NCBI GenBank assembly: GCA_963555995.3
Contig: OY821641.1
Location: 1,888,001 to 1,952,000, forward strand
Source: Vicinamibacteria bacterium
GTDB lineage: Bacteria > Acidobacteriota > Vicinamibacteria > Marinacidobacterales > Marinacidobacteraceae
Length of the DNA stretch: 64,000 bases
Direction of reading: 5' to 3'
A program made the position numbers and the translations under genes. How positions within the stretch are numbered: the stretch's first letter is position 1; each line of letters begins with the position of its first letter. The notes under the pieces were generated by a model. That model worked only from the letters and a program-made list of their open reading frames with translations, made no database searches and was not told where the DNA came from. This document shows positions 46,707 to 56,188 of the stretch, in pieces.

Positions 46707-48644
46707 CTACTCGCCCGGCTGGAGCGGGAGGAGGAGCGCCGAGGGACGTTCCGCCGAATGGTGGATCACGTTTTCCGCCGGAACCGTACGGGTGTGGCGG
46801 CCGAGCGGCTCCCCGGTGTTGGGGTTGGGATCGAAGCGCGGGAAGTTCGAACTGGAGACCTCGAGACGGATCCGGTGGCCGGCCCCGAAGCGGTTCGCGG
46901 TCGGGAAGAGGGTGATCTCCAGTTCGTGGATCTCTCCGGGAGTCATCAGCGATTCCGACTCGCGGGAGTCCCGGTAGCGGGCCCGCAGGATGCCGTCGGT
47001 GACGTTGAGGTCGAACCCCGCCGGAAAGTCCTCGCTCGGAGGATAGACGTCCACCAGCTTGGCGGTGAAATCGGTGTCCGGGGCGCTCGACGAGACCCAC
47101 AGCCGCGCCGAGACGGGACCGATGACCTCGACGTCCTCCTCCAGCGGTTCGGTCTCGAAGACGAGGACATCGGGGCGGTCCGCCGTGCGGCGGCCGTCCA
47201 CCTCGGAACCGAAGAAGCCGTTCTCCGAACCTCCGGAGAGCGACCGGAAGGTCCGTTCGCGCTGGTCGTAGCCGCCCCGCTTCAGCGCGCCCGAGAAGGC
47301 GCCGCCGATGGTCGGGACGGGGTGTTCGGGGTCGTAGGTGTATGCCGAGGAGCCTTCGTCCCCATCCGGCGCCGCGGGGGTCAGGCCGCCGCCCGCGCGC
47401 AGGTGGAAGGGCGTCCATTCCGTCCCTTCCAGCGGCCAGGTGGTCGCGGTCCGCCATTCGCCGCCGTGGAAGAGCCGCCCGTTCTCGTCCCGGTGGCCGT
47501 CGCCGCCGCCCATGACGAACAGGGTCACCGCGCCGGGCGTCTCCAGCCGATCGTCGTTGAACGGCGCGAAATCCCCCTGCCCCTTCAGGCGGGCATCGAA
47601 CCAGCGCAGGTGGAACTCGCGGGCGAAGTCCTCGATCGCGGCCGAGGCGCCGAGTTCGATGTCACCAGCGTGGGAGCGGGCATTGCCTCCGTGGGTCCAC
47701 GGTCCCATCACGAGGGTCATGGGGGCGGACTTGACCCGGGACAGTTCCAGGAAGCTCTGGATGGTGCCGGGGGCGTAGGAGTCGTACCAGCCGCCGACGT
47801 GGAGCATCGGGATGTCCGAACTCGCCTCGTAGTACTCGGCCCAGTTGCGGCCGATGCCCCGGAAGTAGTCGTCGTAGTCCCCGTGGTTCTGCATTTCGAG
47901 GTAGTAGTCCTCGAAGTTGGGAGCGGCGGAGAGCGGGTTTTCGCCCTTGCGGAACGGAGTGTCCGGGAACCAGTCGGCGGGGCCTTCCGCTTCCAGCCGG
48001 GCCCGGACACTCGGTTCGTCGGTCACCGCGGCGAGCTGGCTGTGCGCCCAGCCGAGCTGCTGGCCCAGCTCGAAGGCGCCGTGGTTCCGCACCTTGTGGG
48101 TCCAGGCGTCCGAGAGGCCGCCCATCGTCAGGACGAGCGTCTCCAGACCGGGCGGGCTCAGCTTGGCCGCGTCGGCCTGGGTGTGGGCCCCGTAGGAGGT
48201 GCCCCACATCCCGACCGAGGGGGTGACGTAGTCGAGGCCGGTGATCCACTCGATGGTGTCGAACCCGTCGGGAGCGTCGAACTCGTGGTACTTCTGGAAG
48301 AGCCCCTCGGAGAAGTAGAGGCCCCGCATGTCCTGCACCACCACCACGTAGCCGTGGGAGGCGAACCAGCGCGCCTGCTCGGAGAGCCGGTCGGACGCCT
48401 TGTTGTAGGGCGTGCGGTGGAGGAGGGCCGGGAAGCGCTCGTCCACGGGCTCGCCGCCAGCGGCGGGCCGGTACACGTCGGTCGCGAGACGCACCCCGTC
48501 GCGCATCTCCAGCATGAAGTTGGACTCGACCTGGGCCGCCTCGTAGGGCGGCGGTGCGGGCACGGCGCGTTCTGAATCCCCGGGGTCGGACCCGCACCCG
48601 AGGGCGACCGCTGCGCCCAGCAGGGCGAGGCGGAGGCGGGTCAT
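46707..48644 (-). CDS. CocE/NonD-family hydrolase, putative lipoprotein
   Basis: ALGC lipobox, MRDGVRLATDVYRP, RTPY, GTSYG nucleophile, GGWYD, GPWTH, SSSNFPRF. Confidence 0.9.
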   Translation of the reverse strand: MTRLRLALLGAAVALGCGSDPGDSERAVPAPPPYEAAQVESNFMLEMRDGVRLATDVYRPAAGGEPVDERFPALLHRTPYNKASDRLSEQARWFASHGYVVVVQDMRGLYFSEGLFQKYHEFDAPDGFDTIEWITGLDYVTPSVGMWGTSYGAHTQADAAKLSPPGLETLVLTMGGLSDAWTHKVRNHGAFELGQQLGWAHSQLAAVTDEPSVRARLEAEGPADWFPDTPFRKGENPLSAAPNFEDYYLEMQNHGDYDDYFRGIGRNWAEYYEASSDIPMLHVGGWYDSYAPGTIQSFLELSRVKSAPMTLVMGPWTHGGNARSHAGDIELGASAAIEDFAREFHLRWFDARLKGQGDFAPFNDDRLETPGAVTLFVMGGGDGHRDENGRLFHGGEWRTATTWPLEGTEWTPFHLRAGGGLTPAAPDGDEGSSAYTYDPEHPVPTIGGAFSGALKRGGYDQRERTFRSLSGGSENGFFGSEVDGRRTADRPDVLVFETEPLEEDVEVIGPVSARLWVSSSAPDTDFTAKLVDVYPPSEDFPAGFDLNVTDGILRARYRDSRESESLMTPGEIHELEITLFPTANRFGAGHRIRLEVSSSNFPRFDPNPNTGEPLGRHTRTVPAENVIHHSAERPSALLLPLQPGE

Positions 48645-50038
48645 GCCGTGACTCCGGCGGGAATCCCGGACATCGTGCTCAGGAAGTCCGCGACGCGGGG
48701 AATCTCGTCCACCCGCTCCACCCCGGCCAGCGCCTCCTCGGCGCGGTCGGACGGGAGAGCCTGGGCGGCGCAGTCGCGGAACTTCTGCCGCAGTTCCTCG
48801 CGAGTCAACGGTCGCTCGGGGCCGCCGGGATAAACGTCGGCTTCGACGGTGATCTCCCTGCCATCCCGGAGGCGGAGGTCCATGGCGCTCCGCATCCGGT
48901 CGTAGCCGCGGGCGTCAATCTCGGGATCGAACTCCACCGAGACCCGCCGCATCATGGACACCACTTCCGGCGAACGCACGAAGTCGTCCGAGAACTCCGC
49001 GATGCCCACCCGGCGGCGCAGCACCGCGCTCGCGAGCAGGAACGGGATGGAGAACTTCCCTTCCAGCGGGTTCTGCGGATCCAGGTAGCGCAGCGGATTC
49101 AGGATGTTGCGTCCCGCCCGGAAGGTGATCCCCTCAATGTCAGCCGGCGCCAGGTCCTCGGTACGGATCCATTCCAGGAGCGCGGCGAGACTCGGGTGGC
49201 TGAGGCTGCCGCACGGGAACATCTTCACCGAGACCCCCGGATCGAGCAGGGTGTAGGGATCGCCGAGGTTCAGCCGGTCCGGATCGAACCCGCCCCCGAA
49301 CACCCGGAAAAAGCCCCAGGTGGCTTCGAGCGCATCGTGTCCCGAGGTGTAGCCCCGCGCCGCCAGGTCCACCGCCAGGATGCCGTTCTCGGCGGCCCGC
49401 CCGGCATGGAGTGGCTTCGTCATGGTGCCGAAACCGAGCCGGATGCCCGAGGCCAGACTCGCGGCGATCCCGAGCGCCATCCCCAGTTGCTCCCGATCGA
49501 GGCGGGCGAGCTTGGCCGCGGTCGCAGCGGCGCCGAGGGTCCCCACGGTCGCCGTGGAGTGGAACCCCTCCCCGTAGTGACGCGGGTGGATCGCCTCCGA
49601 GATCTTGCACTCCACCTCGAAGCCGACCAGGAACGCCTCGAGCAGTCCCGCGCCGGAAGCGTCCTCGCGCTCCGCCATCGCGAGCCCGGCCGCGAGCGGG
49701 GCGACCGTGGGATGGGTGAGCAGCCCGAAGATCCGGTCCGGCGCGTTCGAGAGCTGGGTGTCGTCGAAATCGAGCGCGTGGCCGGCGGTCCCGTTCGCGC
49801 GGGCGGCGAGGGAGGCGGGCGCCCGCAGCTCGGACGGCCCGAGGACCGACGCTTCGGGACTCCCCCCCTGCACCGCGATCTGGTCCTGCACGAGCCGCGA
49901 ACAGTCGTCCACGGAGCCGGCGAGGATGACGCCCACGCCGTCGGTAACGCAGCGGCGGCCTTCGGCGAGCAGCGCCTCGGGAAAGTCCTCGATGGTCGTG
50001 TTGAGGATGAAATCGGTTACGGCGGCAGTTGCACCCAC
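48641..50038 (-). CDS. MmgE/PrpD-family protein
   Basis: NGTAGHALDFDD, HP, GFHST, FGTMTKPLHAG, KMFPCGSLSH, GKFSIP. Confidence 0.9.
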   Translation of the reverse strand: MGATAAVTDFILNTTIEDFPEALLAEGRRCVTDGVGVILAGSVDDCSRLVQDQIAVQGGSPEASVLGPSELRAPASLAARANGTAGHALDFDDTQLSNAPDRIFGLLTHPTVAPLAAGLAMAEREDASGAGLLEAFLVGFEVECKISEAIHPRHYGEGFHSTATVGTLGAAATAAKLARLDREQLGMALGIAASLASGIRLGFGTMTKPLHAGRAAENGILAVDLAARGYTSGHDALEATWGFFRVFGGGFDPDRLNLGDPYTLLDPGVSVKMFPCGSLSHPSLAALLEWIRTEDLAPADIEGITFRAGRNILNPLRYLDPQNPLEGKFSIPFLLASAVLRRRVGIAEFSDDFVRSPEVVSMMRRVSVEFDPEIDARGYDRMRSAMDLRLRDGREITVEADVYPGGPERPLTREELRQKFRDCAAQALPSDRAEEALAGVERVDEIPRVADFLSTMSGIPAGVTA

Positions 50039-50181
50039 GATGGTTCGCTCTCCTGGAAATCAGCGGCGGAGAGGGTACGCGAAGGAGAGTGCGCTGCCCA
50101 CGCGTTCTCGCCGAGTGAAGGCCCGGGGCCGTGATCCGTCGTCGAGGCCGCGCGCGGAACACGGCGACATCATGACCGGGA

Positions 50182-50209
50182 TGTCAGATTTACACTATGA
50201 TTTCTGACA
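50182..50209 (+). promoter_or_regulatory. Operator-like inverted repeat enclosing -10 boxes upstream of the AbiEi-like gene
   Basis: TGTCAGA-N14-TCTGACA containing TACACT/TATGAT; AT-rich island in a GC-rich window. Confidence 0.6.
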
Positions 50210-50212
50210 ATC

Positions 50213-50824
50213 ATGAATCTCTACCGACCCGGCAGTGTCCCGCAACGCATCATGGAGCGGGCGGAAGCCCTGCCCGAGGCGATGCCACTCTGTCCGAAGG
50301 CGTTCCTCGACCTCGGAACGCGCGCGGCGGTGGATCAAGCGTTCTCTCGGCTGGTACGCGAGAAGCGGCTGCTCCGGATCGGCCAGGGACTCTACGTACG
50401 ACCCGTGAACAGCCCGTATGGCCCGCTCCCGCCCCTGGTGGAAGATGTGATTCCGCAACTGGCAAGGCTCTGGGGAGAAACCATCGTCCCGAGCGGCGCG
50501 GGCGCGGCGAACTACTTGGGACTGATCACCCAGTTTCCGCTGCGGCCTGCGTATTGGACCTCCGGAAAGAACCGTGACCTGCACTTCGGCCGACTGCGCG
50601 TGCGCTTGCGGCACCGCCCACGTTGGCAGCTTCTTTTCCCCGGACGATTGCCGGGCCTGGTAGTCCGGGCGCTCGCTTTCCTGCATCCGAGCGAGGCAGA
50701 GGAAGCCCTGACTCGCTTGGCCCCGCAGCTCTCGGGCACGGAGGCAGCCGAACTGCTGGCGGCGCGACCCCTGCTTCCCGGCTGGATGGCGGTCACGGTG
50801 GGTACCGTGCTGAGCGATGGCTGA
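50213..50824 (+). CDS. DUF6088/AbiEi-like type IV TA antitoxin (wHTH)
   Basis: FLDLGTRAAVDQAFSRL..LLRIGQGLY, PSGAGAANYLGLITQFP, WTSG, PRWQL, PGWM. Confidence 0.8.
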   Translation: MNLYRPGSVPQRIMERAEALPEAMPLCPKAFLDLGTRAAVDQAFSRLVREKRLLRIGQGLYVRPVNSPYGPLPPLVEDVIPQLARLWGETIVPSGAGAANYLGLITQFPLRPAYWTSGKNRDLHFGRLRVRLRHRPRWQLLFPGRLPGLVVRALAFLHPSEAEEALTRLAPQLSGTEAAELLAARPLLPGWMAVTVGTVLSDG

Positions 50825-50924
50825 CTCCATCTGGTCGCTCTCGGCGGACGCTCGACGGAGTGCACCCTTCGACGAACTCATGGACGCCTGTAGCGACCTT
50901 GAACGGCGCGCCAACCGCCGCTGA
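50817..50924 (+). pseudogene. Internally deleted AbiEii-like toxin remnant (35 codons)
   Basis: ATG overlaps the antitoxin stop; MADSIWSLSADARR|SAPFDELMDACSDLERRANRR resembles the extreme N- and C-termini of DUF6088-partner nucleotidyltransferase toxins. Confidence 0.55.
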
Positions 50925-50936
50925 CCGGACGGGCGC

Positions 50937-52421
50937 TCAGCCCTCGGTGCGCCCGAGCCGTACCCGGCCCCGCAGCGCCGGGGCCGCGAAGCTCGCGAGG
51001 GCCAGCACCAGGAGCACCAGGCTGATGGGGCTCTCGAGGAAGACCGTGTGCGAGCCTGACGAGAGCGCCAGCGCCCGCCGGTAGTTCGTCTCCACCATCG
51101 GTCCCAGGATCAGTCCGAGGACCGCGGGCGCCAGCGGATAGCCGTGCCGCAGCATGAGGAACCCGGCCAGGCCGAAGAACAGCGCGAACCAGGCATCGGC
51201 CAGATTCCCCCGGAGGACGAAAGCGCCGATGAGGGAAATCCCGACCACGAGCGGCATCAGGATCCGGGGACGGAGGCTCACCACCCGAACCCAGAGCGGG
51301 ATGCCGAGCCTTCCGACCGCCAGCATGAACACGACCGCCACGATGAATCCCGCATAGAGCGCGTACACCAGGGACGCCTGCTCGGTCATCAGGAGCGGCC
51401 CCGGGGCGACACCCTGCACCGTCAGCCCGCCGAGCAGCACCGCCGCGCTCGCCGAGCCGGGGATGCCGAGAGCGAGCAAGGGGATCATGGCGGCTCCCAC
51501 GCAGGCGTTGTTCGCCGCTTCCGGCGCCGCGATTCCCGCCGGCTCGCCGGCGCCGAAGCGTTCTGGCGCGCCGGACACGCGGCGTTCCTCGTTCCACGCC
51601 ACGATGGAGGCGATCGTCGCGCCGGCGCCCGGAATCGCGCCGATGATCCCGCCGATCGCCGAACCGCGCAGGATGGGACGCCAGAGGCGGACGAGATCCC
51701 GGAACGCCGGTAGCGCTCCCCGCAGGCTCCCGGTTCCCTCGACCTTCGCGCGGCGGCCGGCCACTCCGTTCAGTGCTTCGGCAATCGCGAAGAAGCCGAT
51801 CAGCATGGGCACGAGCCCGAGTCCGTCCATCAGCATCGTGGATCCGAGGGTCAGGCGGGGAGCCCCGGTGAGGACGTCGAGGCCAACGATGAAGGCCAGC
51901 AGGCCGAGCAGCGCGCTGATGATCCCCTTGAGCGGATCGCTTCCGACCAGGTTGGCCACGATCGCCAGCCCGAACACCCCGAGGCCGAAATACTCCGGGG
52001 GGCCGAACGCGATCGCCGCACGGGACAGCGGACCCAGCGCGGCCACCAGCAGCAGCGTTCCCAGAATCCCGCCGCTCATGGACGCGAAGAGCGAGATCCC
52101 GAACGCCCTGCCGGCCTCCCCCCGGCGGGTCATCGCGTACCCGTCGAAGGTCGTGGCGAGCGCGGGCGAACTCCCGGGAACGCCGATCGCAATCGCGGTG
52201 ATCGAGCCGCCGTACTCCGCCGCCATGTAGATGGAAATCATCATGAGGAGAGCCGGGGTCGGCTCGAGGGCGAAGGTGACCGGCAGGACCAGCGCGAGGC
52301 CGACCGTCGAGCTGAGGCCCGGCACCGCTCCGGCGAACACGCCGAGCACGCTGCCGCCGAGCAGGGCCGCCAGGTTCGCCGGCTGGAGCGCGGTGGCGAG
52401 CCCCTCTGCGAAACCGGTCAC
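50937..52421 (-). CDS. tctA: Tripartite tricarboxylate transporter large permease
   Basis: GAVPGLS, YGGSITAI, PGSS, ATTFDGY, GAIPGAG, APEAANNA, LGIPGS, LGPMVE; GTGA overlap with tctB. Confidence 0.92.
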   Translation of the reverse strand: MTGFAEGLATALQPANLAALLGGSVLGVFAGAVPGLSSTVGLALVLPVTFALEPTPALLMMISIYMAAEYGGSITAIAIGVPGSSPALATTFDGYAMTRRGEAGRAFGISLFASMSGGILGTLLLVAALGPLSRAAIAFGPPEYFGLGVFGLAIVANLVGSDPLKGIISALLGLLAFIVGLDVLTGAPRLTLGSTMLMDGLGLVPMLIGFFAIAEALNGVAGRRAKVEGTGSLRGALPAFRDLVRLWRPILRGSAIGGIIGAIPGAGATIASIVAWNEERRVSGAPERFGAGEPAGIAAPEAANNACVGAAMIPLLALGIPGSASAAVLLGGLTVQGVAPGPLLMTEQASLVYALYAGFIVAVVFMLAVGRLGIPLWVRVVSLRPRILMPLVVGISLIGAFVLRGNLADAWFALFFGLAGFLMLRHGYPLAPAVLGLILGPMVETNYRRALALSSGSHTVFLESPISLVLLVLALASFAAPALRGRVRLGRTEG

Positions 52422-52861
52422 GGCAGCCGCACTCCGAGCAACGTCACGAACAGCAGATGCACGAAACCGCCGAACGCGAGGGAGACGGCGGTCAGGATCC
52501 CGGGCGACCGCTCTCCGGAGAGCCACATGAGCCCGCAGACCAGCGGAGGCAATGCCACCAGGTGTCCAGCCAGCGGGAGCGCAACGAGGAAGCCCGCTAC
52601 CCAAAGCACCGCGCCGCCGAGCCGGAGCGCTCCCCCACCGGGCATCCCCGCGCCGGCCGGCCCCCGGGGACGCCGGAGGGCAAGCCCGGCCGCACAACCG
52701 ATCAGCAGGAAGGCCACCAGCCCCGGGAAGAACGCCGGCCCCGGCACGCCATCGATGAGCGGCGCCGGATAGCCGCGGGCATCCAGCAGGACACCGGCCC
52801 CGACCAGGACGAGCAGTCCGGCTTCCACCAGGGAAGCGGGACGGCGGCCGCCGTCACTCAT
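52418..52861 (-). CDS. tctB: Tripartite tricarboxylate transporter small subunit
   Basis: GPAFFP motif, 4 TM segments, C-terminal LFVTLLGVRLP. Confidence 0.85.
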   Translation of the reverse strand: MSDGGRRPASLVEAGLLVLVGAGVLLDARGYPAPLIDGVPGPAFFPGLVAFLLIGCAAGLALRRPRGPAGAGMPGGGALRLGGAVLWVAGFLVALPLAGHLVALPPLVCGLMWLSGERSPGILTAVSLAFGGFVHLLFVTLLGVRLP

Positions 52862-53828
52862 TCACGAGAAGTCCCAGCCGGCCGAGCAGCGCCCGGCTGG
52901 TCTCGACTTCCTCGGCGATCCAGTCCCCAAAGGCATCGGCATCGTCCATGACGGCGTATTCCATCGCCGCCCGCGCCATGTATTCCTGAAAACCCGCCGC
53001 CCGGATGGTCGCGAGCAGCCGCTCCCGCAGGTCGGCGCGGACCTCCGGGGAGAGACCGGGAGGCCCCACCACCCCCCGCCAGTGGACCGGCGCCAGGTCG
53101 TAGCCCTCGTCCAGGTAGGTGGGCGTGTCCGCGAGCGCGGTGAGCGGCAGCGCCACCGCCAGCACCCGCATGGTCCCCGCCCGCAGGTGTTCGCGGACGA
53201 TGTTGTAGTTGGTGTGGACCGCGTCGGTATGGCCGCCGAGCGCCGCCACGACTGCGTCGCCCGAACCCTCGTAGGCGATCCAGCGGATGTCGGGATCGCC
53301 GGCGGCGGCGCGCAGCCGCTGGAACCCCAGAAAGTGCGCCGAGGCGGCCCCGAAGCCGGACATCGAGACCTCGCCGGGCCGCGCCCGGGCGGCCTCGATG
53401 AGGTCCTCGAGCGTTCGGAACGGGCTGTCCTGCCGCACGGCCACGAGGAACGGATCGCTCTGGATCCTGAGGATGGGCGTGAAGTCGCCGGGAGCGAACG
53501 GAATCCGGCCGGTCGCCATGTTCACCGTCCCGCTCGCCGTAAACACTCCCAGCACGTGCGGATCCCCCGCCCGGCCCCGGAGGTACTGCATCCCCGCGGC
53601 CCCGGCACCGCCCTGACGGGTCATGACCGTTACCCGCTGTCCCTCGAAATAGTCCGGCGCGGCGTCGGCGAGCGCCCGGGCAAGCAGGTCGCTCGGTCCC
53701 CCCGGAGTCGCCCAGGAGACGATCTCGATGGGGCCGGAGGGGAACGGCCCATCCTCCGGAGACGCTCCGCAGGCCGCCAGACCGAGACCCGCCGGAACGG
53801 CGATCCAATGCAGCCACGCACGCATCAT
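52854..53828 (-). CDS. tctC: Tripartite tricarboxylate transporter substrate-binding protein (lipoprotein)
   Basis: LAAC lipobox, FPSGPI..PGGPSDLLAR, GGAG, ALGGHTD, WRGVVGPPG. Confidence 0.88.
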   Translation of the reverse strand: MMRAWLHWIAVPAGLGLAACGASPEDGPFPSGPIEIVSWATPGGPSDLLARALADAAPDYFEGQRVTVMTRQGGAGAAGMQYLRGRAGDPHVLGVFTASGTVNMATGRIPFAPGDFTPILRIQSDPFLVAVRQDSPFRTLEDLIEAARARPGEVSMSGFGAASAHFLGFQRLRAAAGDPDIRWIAYEGSGDAVVAALGGHTDAVHTNYNIVREHLRAGTMRVLAVALPLTALADTPTYLDEGYDLAPVHWRGVVGPPGLSPEVRADLRERLLATIRAAGFQEYMARAAMEYAVMDDADAFGDWIAEEVETSRALLGRLGLLVNE

Positions 53829-54082
53829 GGTCGTGTTCCTCGTCGTCGTCCTTCGCGTCCGGGACGCAGCGGAGCGGCGGACAGCACCACAATCGGAGGG
53901 CACCGACCTCGCCGCCCGGAGGGGAACGGACGCGGTGGGCATCGTCACGGAAACACGGAAATCTGTACGCCTCGACGGCAGTTTTCCCGGAAATATGCCG
54001 ACGACCTGATCAATTCACGGACCGGACGGCCGCTGTCCCGCTGCGGTAGAGAAGCGAAGCCCGAGGCTCGGACCGTCCGTCC

Positions 54083-54877
54083 CTACATTCCGGAGACGCG
54101 GCCGGCGATCCGGTAGCAGTGGAAGATGACGTGCCAGCCGATCACCACGATCACCAGCCAGGCCACCCAGTAGTAGTCGCCCGGGATGCCGAAGTTCCCG
54201 CCGAAGAACGGCGTGGCGTGCTCGTTCGCCATCGCCCAGAGGAGCGGCAGCGACATGTAGGTGTTGTGCTTCGAGCGCAGTCCGGCGAGCGCCGGGTCCG
54301 CGGCGGCCGGAGCTTCGCCCGCCTTGACGGCCGCGATGATCCGCTGCTGGGCCGGCCAGATGCGGAACCAGACGTTGAACGCCATCATGGTTCCGAACAT
54401 GGCGCCCGTATGGATCAGGACCGCCCGGGGCGTGAAGGCGCCCACGTTCACGAACAGGAAGACCGTGACCGCGAGCAACAGGAACGAGACGATGGTCGCC
54501 GCCCGGACGTTGGACTTGAGACCGCTGTTCCAGAGCGCGTCGTACACGAAGACCGCGAGGAAGGTGATCACCACCATCCCGATGGCGCCGCCGCCCCAGC
54601 CGTCGCCCGGATCGAACATCAGGCCGCCGTGCCAGAAGACGAGGAGCAACAGCACCACGCCCGTGATCCAGGTCCAGGCGGCGCCCCAGCGGAACCAGTA
54701 GAGGGCGCGCGGCATGAGCTCGGGCACCACCTTCGCCTTCGTGGCCCCGTCGAGCTTGGCGGTCATCTGCGCGTTCACGAAGTTGAAGAAGTAGAGGTGG
54801 CCGATCCAGAGGATCCCCACGAAGATGTGGAGCCAGCGGAATATGAAGGTCACGCCGTCCATCAGGCCTTGCATCAT
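54083..54877 (-). CDS. puuD: Urate hydroxylase PuuD-like membrane protein (no cytochrome c domain seen)
   Basis: RWLHIFVGILWIGHLYFFN, ALYWFRWGA, GTMMAFNVWFRIWPAQQ, RSKHNTY; own GGAGG RBS (54888-54884) and TACAAT (54920-54915). Confidence 0.8.
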   Translation of the reverse strand: MMQGLMDGVTFIFRWLHIFVGILWIGHLYFFNFVNAQMTAKLDGATKAKVVPELMPRALYWFRWGAAWTWITGVVLLLLVFWHGGLMFDPGDGWGGGAIGMVVITFLAVFVYDALWNSGLKSNVRAATIVSFLLLAVTVFLFVNVGAFTPRAVLIHTGAMFGTMMAFNVWFRIWPAQQRIIAAVKAGEAPAAADPALAGLRSKHNTYMSLPLLWAMANEHATPFFGGNFGIPGDYYWVAWLVIVVIGWHVIFHCYRIAGRVSGM

Positions 54878-56188
54878 GTCGCGCCTCCCTTGCCGGGCAT
54901 CGGATGAGCGTCCGATTGTATCCGGGGCAAGGCCGGCCAAGGCCACGTCCGACCGGTATCCGGTGAGTTCCACGAAGCCGCGGCCCGGGGGAGTTCGGGC
55001 GGCTCCGGAACCGGCGGGTGCGACCCGGACCGCACCCTCCCAGTAGGGAATGTCAGGTCCGGCCTGGCCGGTGGGACGGCGGTTTTCCTGGTTCGGGAGG
55101 AGCGGCCGGACGATCAGATCGAGGTTTTCCCCGGGGAGTCGAAGACGCCAACCGGCCGGATAGGGCCGGGCATTCCCCGGGTCCGCTTCGAGATCGGGCG
55201 GCATCCAGGTTTCGAGGACTTCGACCTCCGCGCCGCGGACCCTCCGGCTCGTGTCCCGGCCGGCGTCGCGCAGGGTGCCGTCGGTGTAGGACAGCGATCC
55301 GTCGCGGCGCCGCAGGAGGTAGAGCATCAGATCGCGCCCGTCCCCCAGGTTCAGGCCGAACCAGTCCCACCCGGTCTGATCGGCCGCGAGCCAGCTCGAT
55401 CCGAATTCGCGGTCCATCCAGCCGCTTCCCGCAACCTCCATCCGGTCGCCGCCGAGCCCGAGTGACCCCGTCACTTCGAGACGGGGATGGCTGTAGTAGG
55501 AGCTGGCCGCTCCGCCCTCCGATTTCGGCGAGTGGCCGGACTCTCCGTGGAACCAGGGGGCGCGCGTCGGAACGGCGCTGAGTTCCATCCGGAGTCCGCG
55601 TTCCGCGTCCGCCGCACCGAAATGGAACCCGCCCTCCCGATACGTCAGAAACCACGGATCCCTGGTCCCGGGCGGCCCTCGCATCCAGCCAATTTCCGGG
55701 TCCGGATAAGCCCCGAACCGGGCCAGGCCCGGGGCCTCCCGATGGACAGACTGCGTGAAGACCCGCTCTCCGGTCTCGAGGTCGGCGACCACCGCGTGCC
55801 CCATCGCCACGTGCCCCGCTTCCCAGGGGGAGGGCGCGGCCGAGGGTGCGGCAAGCGTCAACCCGGTGCGAAACAGGGTGAACTGCCAGGCGAAGCGCCT
55901 GGAGCCGTCGGCGGCGTCGGCGAAACCGACGAAATACCACCATTCGGTCCGGTAACCGACGTGGGCCCAGTGATCGTTCGGAAACTCCCACGGGTAGTCC
56001 GGCGCCGCCTGCCGCCACTCCTGCGCCGCGACGGGGGCGGGAGCCAGGAGCGCCATGCAGAGCGCAGCAGCGAGGGGGGGCTGCCGGACGCGGGGATGCC
56101 CGCGCCGCGCCCCCACACGGTTCATGGAGTGCGAGTTCGCCGCCCGGTGGGCGGCGGTGCCGGTCTGAAGACCGGCGCTCCCAACCAT
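54878..56188 (-). CDS. AttH/CrtC-like lipocalin-domain protein; no stop codon, continues in frame into puuD
   Basis: FPNDHWAH..RTEWWY, QFTLFR, SYYSHP, GWMDREFGS, GWDWF, YPAGW, YWEGAV, GFVELTGY; start is ATG 56188 (TGATG coupling) or 56125. Confidence 0.8.
56139..56182. repeat. Single REP arm plus accessory hairpin
   Basis: CGCCGCCC-ggt-GGGCGGCG then GTGCCGGTCTGAAGACCGGCGCTCCC, identical to 16773-16798. Confidence 0.75.

Noticed and set aside
43650-48575. 1641-aa ORF and other long antisense ORFs (3455-5878, 14002-17040, 24409-26493, 30100-31797)
   Set aside because: Shadow ORFs opposite or overlapping well-supported genes, as expected at high GC.
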